Under the pieces are notes generated by a model. That model saw nothing but the letters and a program-made list of their open reading frames with translations. It had not been told where the DNA came from and searched no databases. A stretch of DNA of 64,000 bases from Cyanobacteria bacterium auto_48_18 (GTDB taxonomy: Bacteria; Cyanobacteriota; Vampirovibrionia; Obscuribacterales; Obscuribacteraceae). Shown piece by piece: positions 51,994-61,406 of this stretch. The stretch lies in assembly GCA_036170915.1 (NCBI GenBank), contig JAVHQC010000020.1:64001-128000 (forward strand). The letters run 5' to 3'. A program made the translations under genes and the position numbers. The first letter of the stretch is position 1. Each line of letters begins with the position of its first letter.

Positions 51994-53229
51994 ATGCTAC
52001 TGAGTATTTTCCTGGTCACAACTTTGTCCATTATGGTGCTCTATGGAGCCACCCTGATTTATTATGTGCTGCTCAAACCGATTGAAACGAGCAAGCGTAG
52101 CGATCGAGATTTGCCCTTTATTTCAGTGCTCGTGCCGGCTCGCAACGAAGAGGGAAAAATTCGGCGCTGTCTTGAATCTTTGCTCAAGCAGAATTATCCC
52201 AATTTTGAACTTATCGTCATTGATGATCGCTCGACTGATTCAACCGGCCAAATTATTCAGAGCATTGCCGAAAGTGATGACCGGGTCAAGTACGTTAAGG
52301 GCAAAGACGCCCCTTCCGGCTGGATCGGCAAATGCAATGCCCTGGCTCATGCCGTTGGTCATGCCTCTGGAGAGTTTTTCATCTTTACCGATGCTGATAC
52401 TTATCACCACTCTAATTCTTTGAGAGATTCGGTCACTCACGCCATAGACAACAAAATTGATTTGATGTCCTTTGTACCGATGCAAGAATTAGGTAGCTTT
52501 TCTGAGCGGCTAATCATGCCGGTTTTACTCAGCTCGTTTTTAATTGGTGACCCTTTTCACGCCGTCAACAATCCAAAAAATACCCGCGCCTATGCTTATG
52601 GTCAATATATACTCTGTCGTCGCAGCAGCTATCTGGCAGCCGGTGGGCACCAGAGCGTGCGCGATGAAATTGTGGAAGACCACGCCATTGCCAGAGTGTT
52701 CAAAGAGAAAGGCTTTAAAATTGAGGTGGCCGACGGCAAGAGTCTTTACTCTGTGCGCATGTATACAGATCTTGAATCGTTGTGGATGGGCTGGACCAAA
52801 AATCTCTATTCATTTATAGAGAGCAAGTGGTTGAACCTAGTGATGATGATTATTTTGACGAACTGCATCGTCGTTTTGCCATGGATCTATCTTGGTTACG
52901 TCATTTCGCGCTATGTCTCGGGAGATATCGATCAAGTATTGTTCGGGCTTACAGCACTAGTCGCCGTTCAAATCGCTGTGTTGGCTCTGTGGCAGAAAAG
53001 AACGTCGTGCCACCATGCGGGACTGAAGTGGTATCACTTTTTCCTCACGCCATTTGGCTGCATGACTATGAGTGCCCTCTACCTGCATTCTGCATATCTA
53101 GTGCATACAGGCGGCCAGGTCAACTGGAAAGGTCGCCGTTACGTGGTCAACATGCACAAAACCATCGAGAATGAAGATGGTCAGGACAGTCGCTCCGCTC
53201 AATTGCTCAGTCGTGACCTGACAGAATAA
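51994..53229 (+). CDS. Membrane-bound GT2 glycosyltransferase (carotenoid/lipid glucosyltransferase-like)
   Basis: SVLVPARNEE, DDRSTD, GWIGK, FTDAD, IVED, RMY..W.GWTKN, WKGR. Confidence 0.85.
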   Translation: MLLSIFLVTTLSIMVLYGATLIYYVLLKPIETSKRSDRDLPFISVLVPARNEEGKIRRCLESLLKQNYPNFELIVIDDRSTDSTGQIIQSIAESDDRVKYVKGKDAPSGWIGKCNALAHAVGHASGEFFIFTDADTYHHSNSLRDSVTHAIDNKIDLMSFVPMQELGSFSERLIMPVLLSSFLIGDPFHAVNNPKNTRAYAYGQYILCRRSSYLAAGGHQSVRDEIVEDHAIARVFKEKGFKIEVADGKSLYSVRMYTDLESLWMGWTKNLYSFIESKWLNLVMMIILTNCIVVLPWIYLGYVISRYVSGDIDQVLFGLTALVAVQIAVLALWQKRTSCHHAGLKWYHFFLTPFGCMTMSALYLHSAYLVHTGGQVNWKGRRYVVNMHKTIENEDGQDSRSAQLLSRDLTE

Positions 53230-53234
53230 AGAAA

Positions 53235-53462
53235 ATGTCGATTACCCAGGACAATAAAACTCCCACCACCGCTGAGTTGCAGAAGTTTATTCGCGCCGAA
53301 ACCGTGCTTGAGTTTCTTTCCCTTGACGGCAAGGGCAGCAAGTACACTGGCTCATTGCGCTGGTTTGATGAAGAGGCTTTTCACATCAAGCAAGAAGACG
53401 GATCTGAAATCACTCTTCTACGCTCGGCCATTCTTGGATATCGCGCCAGAAAGACCAAATAG
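53235..53462 (+). CDS. hfq: Hfq-like Sm protein, cyanobacterial type
   Basis: TPTTAELQKFI..G.LRWFD..I..EDG..ITLLRSAI pattern resembles cyanobacterial Hfq (PSxRQVQ..WQD..RxAI). Confidence 0.7.
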   Translation: MSITQDNKTPTTAELQKFIRAETVLEFLSLDGKGSKYTGSLRWFDEEAFHIKQEDGSEITLLRSAILGYRARKTK

Positions 53463-53564
53463 TGCTAAACTAGGGCCCTGTGCGATTATATCGGCGTTTA
53501 TATTGGCAGTATTGTAAAACGATATCTACTAAGTGATCTTTAGTAAGTAATATTTGGAGTAACA

Positions 53565-54596
53565 GTGGTCTGGTTCAAGAGTTTCTTCTGGCACGGCATA
53601 GGCATTGACCTGGGCACGGCAAACACACTCATTTATGTGCCCGATAAAGGTGTTGTTCTGCGCGAACCATCAGTTGTCGCCATTGACGAAAATACCAATA
53701 TGGTGCGCTGGGTAGGCGAAGAAGCCCGAGCAATGATTGGTCGCACGCCGCAGGGTATTCGCGCTGTCAGACCCTTGCAGAACGGGGTGATTGCCGATCT
53801 CGAATTCGCCAAGATTATGCTCAAAAAATTTGTGGAGCGTGTTGCTGGTGCTGGTGGTATTAAAAACCCTGATATGGCTATCGGTGTGCCATCTGGCGTG
53901 ACGTCTGTAGAACGTATTGCCATCAAATCTGCCGCTGAAAATGCCAGGGCCAATCTTATTTACCTTCCAGAAGAACCAATGGCCGCTGCAATTGGTGCTT
54001 CACTGCCGGTGGTGGAACCGACAGGATCTATGATCGTCGATATTGGTGGTGGCACAACTGAAGTGGCGGTCATAAGCCTTTCTGGAATTGTTGTCAATGA
54101 ATCAATTCGCATCGCCGGTGATGAACTGAGCGAGTCAATTGTTTTTTATCTGAAGAAAGTGCATAGCCTGGCTATTGGCGAGCGCACCGCTGAAGAAATC
54201 AAATTCCGTGTCGGCTCTGCTTTTAAGACAGCGGATAACGATAAAATTGACGTGCGTGGTCTCAGTCTTTTGAACGGTATGCCTCGTACTATCACTATTA
54301 GCCGCGGTGAAGTGCGTGAGGCCATGCGAGAGCCTCTCTGGGCCATAGTTGAGGCAGTTAAGCGCACTTTGGAGCGCACCCCTCCGGAGTTAGCGGCAGA
54401 CATTTTCAATCGTGGCATTGTCCTCACCGGTGGTGGCGCACTTTTGCAAGGATTGGACGAATTAATTTCTAGCGAAACCGAAGTACCTGTTTTTGTTGCT
54501 GATGACCCGCTTTCATCGGTGGCCATAGGCACCGGCAAAATGCTTACAGATCCAAGTTATAGACGCGTTCTTGAACAGTGCATGTTTCATAAGTAG
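53565..54596 (+). CDS. mreB: Rod shape-determining protein MreB
   Basis: IGIDLGTANT, EPSVVA, EEPMAAAIGA, DIGGGTTEVAVIS, LTGGGALL. Confidence 0.97.
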   Translation: MVWFKSFFWHGIGIDLGTANTLIYVPDKGVVLREPSVVAIDENTNMVRWVGEEARAMIGRTPQGIRAVRPLQNGVIADLEFAKIMLKKFVERVAGAGGIKNPDMAIGVPSGVTSVERIAIKSAAENARANLIYLPEEPMAAAIGASLPVVEPTGSMIVDIGGGTTEVAVISLSGIVVNESIRIAGDELSESIVFYLKKVHSLAIGERTAEEIKFRVGSAFKTADNDKIDVRGLSLLNGMPRTITISRGEVREAMREPLWAIVEAVKRTLERTPPELAADIFNRGIVLTGGGALLQGLDELISSETEVPVFVADDPLSSVAIGTGKMLTDPSYRRVLEQCMFHK

Positions 54597-54615
54597 ATTT
54601 CACAAATAAAAAGGT

Positions 54616-55440
54616 TTGAGGAGAGTAAATTTGGCTGGTAGAAACGAGTCTGACCTCGAGGCTCAATCTCAGTCGATTGCTGAGTATCTCTTCTTGATCA
54701 TGCTGATTTTAATGGTAGCGGTGCCGGTAAGCGGTATGGCACTTTCGTCTTCCAGTTGGTTTTCATCGATTTATGCCAAAGGCGAGTATTCTTTCGTTTC
54801 CACCCGAAATCTGGCGGAACAATTACTCAATGCGTCGTCGCGCATTCGCACTTTAGAGAGCAAGCTGGCTAAGAACGAATTAGAGCTGGCTAGACTCAAG
54901 CAGCAATCGCGCGACACCGACAGACTGCGCACTTTGCTCGGCCTCAGAACCCGCTCTGGGCGCGTCACTGTGGCGGCAGAAGTAGATGGTCGCAACCCGG
55001 ACAACTGGTTCCAGCAGATTGTCATAGACAAAGGCAAGTCTGACAAAATTACAGTTGGCTCTGCCGTAATTTCTATTGCCGGAGTTGTGGGTCAAGTTGT
55101 TAAAGTCGATGATCATGCCAGCGTTGTGCGCCTGGTTACCGATCCGGAACAGAAACTTGGCGTGCTGGTGCCAAGACTGGGACTGACAGGCATTCTGGTT
55201 GGCAATTATCAAAATTTGGCACGCATCGATTATGTACCCAGCGGCACCAATGTAGATGTGGGCGACAAAGTTGTGACCCTCGGTAAAGCTGGCACTTTCC
55301 CCGATAATCATCCTGTGGGCACTGTGGCTGCGGTGCGGCGTGATGCTAATAACAGCGGCTCGATGCAGATCGACGTTAAACTTTCTGAAAACTGCTATGA
55401 CATCAGTCAGGTGCTGGTGTTGCCTCCCCTGGAGCATTGA
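54616..55440 (+). CDS. mreC: Rod shape-determining protein MreC; start uncertain
   Basis: TM, coiled coil, IVIDKG..G..GVVGQV, DVGDKVVT.G..FP..PVG; position after mreB. Confidence 0.9.
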   Translation: MRRVNLAGRNESDLEAQSQSIAEYLFLIMLILMVAVPVSGMALSSSSWFSSIYAKGEYSFVSTRNLAEQLLNASSRIRTLESKLAKNELELARLKQQSRDTDRLRTLLGLRTRSGRVTVAAEVDGRNPDNWFQQIVIDKGKSDKITVGSAVISIAGVVGQVVKVDDHASVVRLVTDPEQKLGVLVPRLGLTGILVGNYQNLARIDYVPSGTNVDVGDKVVTLGKAGTFPDNHPVGTVAAVRRDANNSGSMQIDVKLSENCYDISQVLVLPPLEH

Positions 55441-55442
55441 TC

Positions 55443-56084
55443 ATGATTCTTGGATCGATGCGCAGCCGCAAGCGCCTGAGCGAAATTGGTCTGGCGGCTT
55501 TTCTTGTCATATTGGTCTGGTTGATTCAGCTGGCACTTTTAAGTAAATTTCGATTTGGCGATGTGCTCTGCAATTTGCCCCTCACCATGACCATTATTTG
55601 GGGAGTGACCTTCGGCTCACCCATGCCGAAACCGACAAACGACGAATTGCGCATGTCAAATCTGAGTACAGTTCTGGTGCGCCAACTTTTATCTGGTTCA
55701 CCATCAGGAGCATTAATCGGAGCCTTTTTCGCCGCACTAAGCGCTTCAGTTATTCCGGTTTATCCGATTGCCTATCCCGTCATTGGCTGGATTGCCGGTT
55801 ACTTTTCATTGAAAAACTTCAATCAGGCTGCCTTTCTTTGCATTCCTCTAGTGTTGCTTTTAACCTTTTTAGGCGAAACAATCATGGCTGTGCAATTATG
55901 TTTGATGCACGGTCGCGAATTTGTCTCTGCAGCAGGACGCCTGGTGGTGCCTGAGGAATTCAGTCATCTAGCTATGTTTATTGTGCCGGAGGCCCTGCTT
56001 AACGCTTTGATCGCGCCAGTGCTTTTTATTCCCATGAGAGGCTGGTACGAATTTTTTCGCTGGCGGCAAATGTCTTCCGACTAA
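55443..56084 (+). CDS. mreD: Rod shape-determining protein MreD (divergent)
   Basis: Hydrophobic 5-6 TM protein between mreC and mrdA. Confidence 0.7.
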   Translation: MILGSMRSRKRLSEIGLAAFLVILVWLIQLALLSKFRFGDVLCNLPLTMTIIWGVTFGSPMPKPTNDELRMSNLSTVLVRQLLSGSPSGALIGAFFAALSASVIPVYPIAYPVIGWIAGYFSLKNFNQAAFLCIPLVLLLTFLGETIMAVQLCLMHGREFVSAAGRLVVPEEFSHLAMFIVPEALLNALIAPVLFIPMRGWYEFFRWRQMSSD

Positions 56085-56128
56085 TATTTTTCCGATTCAT
56101 ATTTTTCGATTATTGAGGACAGATTTTA

Positions 56129-58003
56129 GTGGTAATGAGCGGCGACCGAACTACATTTAATACCACTTCAACGCCGCAACGCGACCTGCGGCCGAAAGTT
56201 GTGATTTTGGCATTGATAGTGGTGCTGGCTATGGGAGCTCTTGTAGCGAGGCTCGTCTGGCTGCAAATTTTGCAGAACAATTATTACAAGAATCAAGCAG
56301 TGGAAAATTCCACTCGCGTAACTTTTCTACGTGCACCACGTGGCAATATTTATGACCGCCACGGTAGTTTGCTGGCCACCAATAAGCAGTCATTGTCAAT
56401 GATAGCAATTCCGGCCCAGCTCGATAACGTTAAAGATCTGGCCACCAGACTGAGTCGCGTTCTCAATGAACCATATCCTAAAGTTTTGCAGGAATTGCTT
56501 AAGGCTAAAGCTTCAGGTTCGGTTTTGCCGGTGGTAATTGATCACGACGTTGATATGAATATTGTCTCGCGATTTTTTGAGAACAAGCTTTTTTTGCCGG
56601 GTATCGACATCATGCCCGACATCAGCCGAAGCTATCCTAATGCTGAAGTAACCGCTCACGTGCTGGGTTACTGCGGATCAATCTCGCAGGCACAACTTTT
56701 GCACAAACCATCAAGAAAGATGGGAGATGTGGTTGGCCAGGATGGAGTTGAGAGACTTTATGACGATCAGCTACGCGGTATTGATGGTGAGCAAAGAGTA
56801 CGAGTGAACGCCATGGGCAATTCGCTTTCTGCCGCTACTTCTCATCCGCAAATTACTAAAGAGCCTGTGGCAGGAAAACCTTTGGTTCTCTCCATTGACC
56901 TTGATTTGCAGAAGGCTGCATACGAGGCTCTGGGGCCGCGTTCAGGAGCAATTGTAGCCATTGATCCACAGAATGGCGAAGTGCTCGCTATGGTTTCTCG
57001 GCCGAGTTATGACCCTAATGTCTTTACTAAAAGAATTACACCGGCCGTCTGGAAGCGCATTAATGCTCCGGACCATCCGCTTTTTAATCGCGCCCTTTCT
57101 GGCTATCCGCCAGGTTCAATCTGGAAAGCGATTACTTTATTAGCAGCGCTGCAATGTGGTGCTGTTAAACCTGATACCAAGCTTCATGTTTCTGGCGGCA
57201 TTTCTCTAGGTGGTTTCTTCTTTGGCGACTGGACCAGCACCACCGGTCTGTTTGACCTGGTCAAATGTCTGGCCTGGTCACGAGATTCGGCATTTTATCA
57301 AATGGCTCTCAAGATGAAGCCTGAGCAAATTAAAGAGTGGGCAGTAAAATTCGGTGCCGGTCGTCCCACAGGTCTCGAGTTGCGTCATGAAGGGAAAGGT
57401 CTGGTACCGGACTCGGCCTGGAAAGAGCGTGTCTATCACGAAAAGTGGTATCCGGGAAATACTCTGCACATGTCGATTGGACAAACTTACGTGCAAGTTA
57501 CTCCGGCTCAAGCTGCCAGAATTTTTGGCGGCCTTGGTATGAAAGGAAAAATACCAAACTTGCATTTAGTGATGAAAATTGCTGACAGGCAGATTCCTGC
57601 ACCTAAATGCGAAATGGTTAAGACCAATCCAGTTTATTTGAAAGTGGTCCTCGATGGACTTAAAGCTGTGGTCGCCAGTGGCACCGGCGGCGCCACCAGG
57701 TTGGGTGACGTTGCTGTCGCTGGAAAGACCGGATCTGCTGAGGCACCACCCGCCGGAAGTAAGACGCACGCATGGTTTGCTTGCTATGCGCCGGCGGATA
57801 AGCCGCGTATTGCTGTTGCCTGTTTTGTCGAGCATGGTGGCCACGGCGGGAGTACCTGTGCTCCGTTGGCTAAAGTTGTTCTCGAAAAGTTCTTTGCTGT
57901 ATCTAAACCAGTAGCGGACGATAAAGAAAAACCGCCAGAGCCTCCTGCTAAGACCAAAACCACAAAAAATAAGAATGGCAAAAAGAGATCAGCTGTTCGC
58001 TAG
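56129..58003 (+). CDS. mrdA: Penicillin-binding protein 2
   Basis: APRGNIYDR, AHVLGY, PGSIWK (SxxK), SRD, AGKTGS, HAWF. Confidence 0.93.
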   Translation: MVMSGDRTTFNTTSTPQRDLRPKVVILALIVVLAMGALVARLVWLQILQNNYYKNQAVENSTRVTFLRAPRGNIYDRHGSLLATNKQSLSMIAIPAQLDNVKDLATRLSRVLNEPYPKVLQELLKAKASGSVLPVVIDHDVDMNIVSRFFENKLFLPGIDIMPDISRSYPNAEVTAHVLGYCGSISQAQLLHKPSRKMGDVVGQDGVERLYDDQLRGIDGEQRVRVNAMGNSLSAATSHPQITKEPVAGKPLVLSIDLDLQKAAYEALGPRSGAIVAIDPQNGEVLAMVSRPSYDPNVFTKRITPAVWKRINAPDHPLFNRALSGYPPGSIWKAITLLAALQCGAVKPDTKLHVSGGISLGGFFFGDWTSTTGLFDLVKCLAWSRDSAFYQMALKMKPEQIKEWAVKFGAGRPTGLELRHEGKGLVPDSAWKERVYHEKWYPGNTLHMSIGQTYVQVTPAQAARIFGGLGMKGKIPNLHLVMKIADRQIPAPKCEMVKTNPVYLKVVLDGLKAVVASGTGGATRLGDVAVAGKTGSAEAPPAGSKTHAWFACYAPADKPRIAVACFVEHGGHGGSTCAPLAKVVLEKFFAVSKPVADDKEKPPEPPAKTKTTKNKNGKKRSAVR

Positions 58004-58145
58004 GTGTTTTTTTAGAGGCAGCTTCAATATGCACCGTATATAGAGTCGTTCGTTGTCTAAAAAAAGTGGACAACGGCGCCAATTCTGGCCATAATAGGCC
58101 ACGCACATAGCCATTTTATTTGTCCGCCAAGCGAGGGATTTCGAT

Positions 58146-58862
58146 ATGACCAGTCAACCACTGCTTTCAGAAACCATCGCCAATACTATCGATCCTTCGG
58201 TTGTCGAGTCACAAATTACTTCAAGCACTACGCGTGAAACTGAGTCGCTTGAAACATCTACCGCTGAGCGGGTTTCCACTGAAGATGTTGATCTCGACTC
58301 CTTCAACGCCGAACCGGAAGACGAAAGTGTCAGCAAGAATGAGATAACCGCAGTAAAAAATCTTGTTACTGGAGATGATCGAGTCTCTAAAAAAGATCTG
58401 GTGCAGTTGCTAGAAGGCTTTGTCAGCATTCTTAAAACTGACGCGCAAAGCGAACTGGTACCGTATTCGCAGAATCAGCAACGTACGGAAGTTCATGTCA
58501 ACGACCGCACAGTCGAAGTCGATTCACTGCGTAATCTGGTCATTGAAGCCCAAGATACTATTATTAAGCTGTTGACTGACCGTGTCGAAGATCGCGCTCG
58601 CATAGCTGGTTTGGAGACACAGTTAAGCATTCTCCCTGACCTGCAGGCGCAAGCTGATAGAGCGATGATGGTTGCTGTTAGAACCGAAGATTACCGCGCT
58701 GAGCTAACTAAAGTAAAGTTTGAATTAGACCGTTTTCGCTTATTTAGAGTGCGCAGTGAAGTCGAGAAGAGAAAAGGCACTGTTTGGACGAAAATTCAGC
58801 GCTGGCTTTTACGTCGTCCGCATGTCACAGAAGACGATGCGGTAAAGCCGGTAAAGCCATAG
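58146..58862 (+). CDS. Hypothetical coiled-coil protein
   Basis: Acidic S/T-rich N-terminus, heptad-like middle, Trp/basic C-terminal WTKIQRWLLRR. Confidence 0.65.
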   Translation: MTSQPLLSETIANTIDPSVVESQITSSTTRETESLETSTAERVSTEDVDLDSFNAEPEDESVSKNEITAVKNLVTGDDRVSKKDLVQLLEGFVSILKTDAQSELVPYSQNQQRTEVHVNDRTVEVDSLRNLVIEAQDTIIKLLTDRVEDRARIAGLETQLSILPDLQAQADRAMMVAVRTEDYRAELTKVKFELDRFRLFRVRSEVEKRKGTVWTKIQRWLLRRPHVTEDDAVKPVKP

Positions 58863-58919
58863 TTTAGGCCAGGGGTTGGTTCTTGCTTGGTGGCGCTTCG
58901 CGGGCATGTGTATAAATTG

Positions 58920-58947
58920 AAACTTGGATCGATATCGATCCAAGTTT
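58920..58947. repeat. Perfect 28-bp palindrome sharing a 22-bp core with 50805-50826
   Basis: AAACTTGGATCGATATCGATCCAAGTTT. Confidence 0.95.
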
Positions 58948-58989
58948 TGCCTTTATACCCCAAAATCAAATCTGACAGCCTACCCCAAA

Positions 58990-59880
58990 TTAGGGGCCGA
59001 AAATCGCACAGTCTTTCATTTTGCCACGGAGTCGCGCAATGCCAATTTCCGTTACTTTCGTATCTCGTAGCTCGAGATGTTCCAGTTGTGTGGCTTCGGA
59101 CAGTGAATCCAGGCATTTGTCGGTGATTTGAGTACCATTGAGGAACAGCACTTTCAGGGCTGGCATATCTTTGACCTGAACCACGCTATCGTCACCCAGC
59201 GTTGTGTCATTTACGTACAGTGTACTTAGAGTCTTTAGTCCAATCAGTGATTTCATGGCAGCGGCTGAAAGCGCTGTATAGGAGAGATCTAGATCTTCAA
59301 TGCTGGCAGATTGGGAAAGGGCCTCGACTCCGGCATCGGTAATGGTTGCTGGCAGGTGCAAGTTCTTTAGCTTCGGCAAAGCGGCTAGTGCTTTCATGCT
59401 GCTGTTGGTGATTTTCGTGCTTTTTAGAATCAGGCTAGTGAGCGAGGTCACTCCCTGCAAAACAGGAAGCATCTGGTCATCCACTGAGCTACCTGTTAGC
59501 CAAAGAGTCTCAAGGCATGAACTTTCGTTTAAGTTGATGAAATCTTGAGTGGTCAAGTTCAGAAAATCAAGGCGCAGCTCATTCAATGCTGACAGCTTCA
59601 TTATTGCTGCCAAAAATGAAGCAGAATATTTGGAAGTGGAAAGATCCATGGAATGAATTTGGCCCAGGGCCGACGAGCTGCCTTCTGCCATTTTTGCGTC
59701 GACATCGTGCGCCAGAGCCAGTCCGATCATTGATTCGGGCGGCAGGTTTAGTTTGACTTCACCGGCCGCCTGGCCTACCCAGGTGCGGTTGTGAGGAAAA
59801 ACTTGCTTTGATAAGTAAAGGTTGCCCAGGGTGTGTTGGGCCGGAAAAGTCAAAATCTGCTCTTTTGTCGTCGCTACCAA
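58990..59880 (-). CDS. Leucine-rich repeat protein
   Basis: Repeated LxxLxLxxTxI/VxD units (LETLWLTGSSVDD, LKVLFLNGTQITD, LEHLELRDTKVTE) after an FP..LG.L N-domain. Confidence 0.88.
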   Translation of the reverse strand: MVATTKEQILTFPAQHTLGNLYLSKQVFPHNRTWVGQAAGEVKLNLPPESMIGLALAHDVDAKMAEGSSSALGQIHSMDLSTSKYSASFLAAIMKLSALNELRLDFLNLTTQDFINLNESSCLETLWLTGSSVDDQMLPVLQGVTSLTSLILKSTKITNSSMKALAALPKLKNLHLPATITDAGVEALSQSASIEDLDLSYTALSAAAMKSLIGLKTLSTLYVNDTTLGDDSVVQVKDMPALKVLFLNGTQITDKCLDSLSEATQLEHLELRDTKVTEIGIARLRGKMKDCAIFGP

Positions 59881-60022
59881 GATAAATTCTCCAGTGGATT
59901 TATGGGAGAAACCGGGGGAGCCATATTGTAAGGCTTAACCGCTCTGACCTATAGTGGTTGTGTGGTCAAGTGTTACGGCTGCGCATAGAATCAGTCAAAG
60001 CAAAAAAGAGAAAGATACAAGA

Positions 60023-61330
60023 ATGTCGCAGTGGAATCGATATGAAGAAGACTACTCCAGCGGCGGCTATCGCCAGGATGTGGCCTATCAGAACGGCATA
60101 TTTGACGATTATGCGATGCCTAATCGCCAGGTTAATCGAGATTATGATCGTGGCTATGACCGGTATGACCGTGGCTATGACCGTAATTATGATCGTGGCT
60201 ATGACCGCGGCAATCTGGCAATGTCCGTCTCTTTGGGCCCAGTAGATTTTCTTCTCGGTAGTATTGCGAATGGCGGGAATGGCGCTTTTGGCATTCACAG
60301 CGGAAGATACGGACACCACCAGGGTCAACAATGGGGACGCCAGACCTATTTGACTCCAGACTATAACTATCGGCGTGGCTATGAAGACTTTGGCGAATCA
60401 TCTTATAACGTCGCTCAGGGATATCGTCCGCAAACCAGATTCGGCGATTCTTTCCGCCAGGATATTTACGATTCGCGCTTCCATAGGCACCATGACAGAA
60501 ACCAGATGAACTTTGATCTGCGTTTCGATGGAGGCCGCCAGTATCAGTCTGAGCGCTATTCGAGACCTTATATTCAAGAAGATTACAGAAGCTATGAACG
60601 TGAACGCTATGTGGAGCCTCGCCCGCGTATGCCTGAGCGCGAGTATGTCCAGGAAAATTATGACAGTAACTATTTAGAAGAGACCGTCCAGACTGAGCGC
60701 ACCCGTGAAGTGCAAACAGACGACCGTCCAACTCGTACATTGCCGACCAACGCAATGAGCGAGTACGACTGGGCTGTCTACACTAAACTTTGCAATACCG
60801 CCGAAGGGCTGATTGGCAAACGCACAACCGATTATGACAAGCGCGTGCCGACAGACAGGCTGGGTTGCGTCAAGGCCGTGAGCCTGCTCGTTGATCAAGC
60901 ATTCGGCTATGATACCAATGACGTCAACACTCGCACCTTTGAGAAAAATCTGCGCAACAAAGGCTTTGCCGAAGTGGCTGTAAGTGATATTAAGCCGGGC
61001 GATGTAATTCTTGGCTATCGCGCTGACGGTGACTATTCGCATGCCGCTTTGTATATGGGAAATGGCAAAATTTTCAATAACGATAGCGATGCCGGTACGA
61101 TGCAAATTCAATCGATTGATAAATTCAACTCGACTGAATACAAACGCTTTGTGATTTTGCGCCACCCGCCAAAAGTTCCTGGAGTAACAGGAGTAGCTGA
61201 AAAGAGCAACACAGCAACCGGTTCTTACGAAGCCGATGCTCAAATGCAACGCGGCGAGCAGCAGCAGCTGAACGTAGATCCGGAAGAAGATTTTCGGCCG
61301 GCTCCAACTCAGTCGCGCGCCAAGCGTTGA
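60023..61330 (+). CDS. Tyr/Arg/Asp/Gly-rich protein with C-terminal NlpC/P60-like domain
   Basis: LGCVKAVS ... IKPGDVI ... SHAALYMGNGKIFNN (Cys-His); ATG 60023 preferred. Confidence 0.65.
   Translation: MSQWNRYEEDYSSGGYRQDVAYQNGIFDDYAMPNRQVNRDYDRGYDRYDRGYDRNYDRGYDRGNLAMSVSLGPVDFLLGSIANGGNGAFGIHSGRYGHHQGQQWGRQTYLTPDYNYRRGYEDFGESSYNVAQGYRPQTRFGDSFRQDIYDSRFHRHHDRNQMNFDLRFDGGRQYQSERYSRPYIQEDYRSYERERYVEPRPRMPEREYVQENYDSNYLEETVQTERTREVQTDDRPTRTLPTNAMSEYDWAVYTKLCNTAEGLIGKRTTDYDKRVPTDRLGCVKAVSLLVDQAFGYDTNDVNTRTFEKNLRNKGFAEVAVSDIKPGDVILGYRADGDYSHAALYMGNGKIFNNDSDAGTMQIQSIDKFNSTEYKRFVILRHPPKVPGVTGVAEKSNTATGSYEADAQMQRGEQQQLNVDPEEDFRPAPTQSRAKR
60138..60210 (+). repeat. Intragenic tandem (TATGAYCGNGGC)n encoding YDR(G)
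   Basis: RDYDRGYDRYDRGYDRNYDRGYDRG. Confidence 0.85.
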
Positions 61331-61406
61331 GACCGCCTGTAGTATCAAGTATTAGCTTGCGCCTGTAATGCTATTACGCTGGCTTCAGTAACATAGAGCG
61401 ATGCGT

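Noticed and set aside
60132..61348. 207-aa and 224-aa antisense ORFs with HSHDH repeats
   Set aside because: Reverse reading of the plus-strand gene and its YDRG repeats
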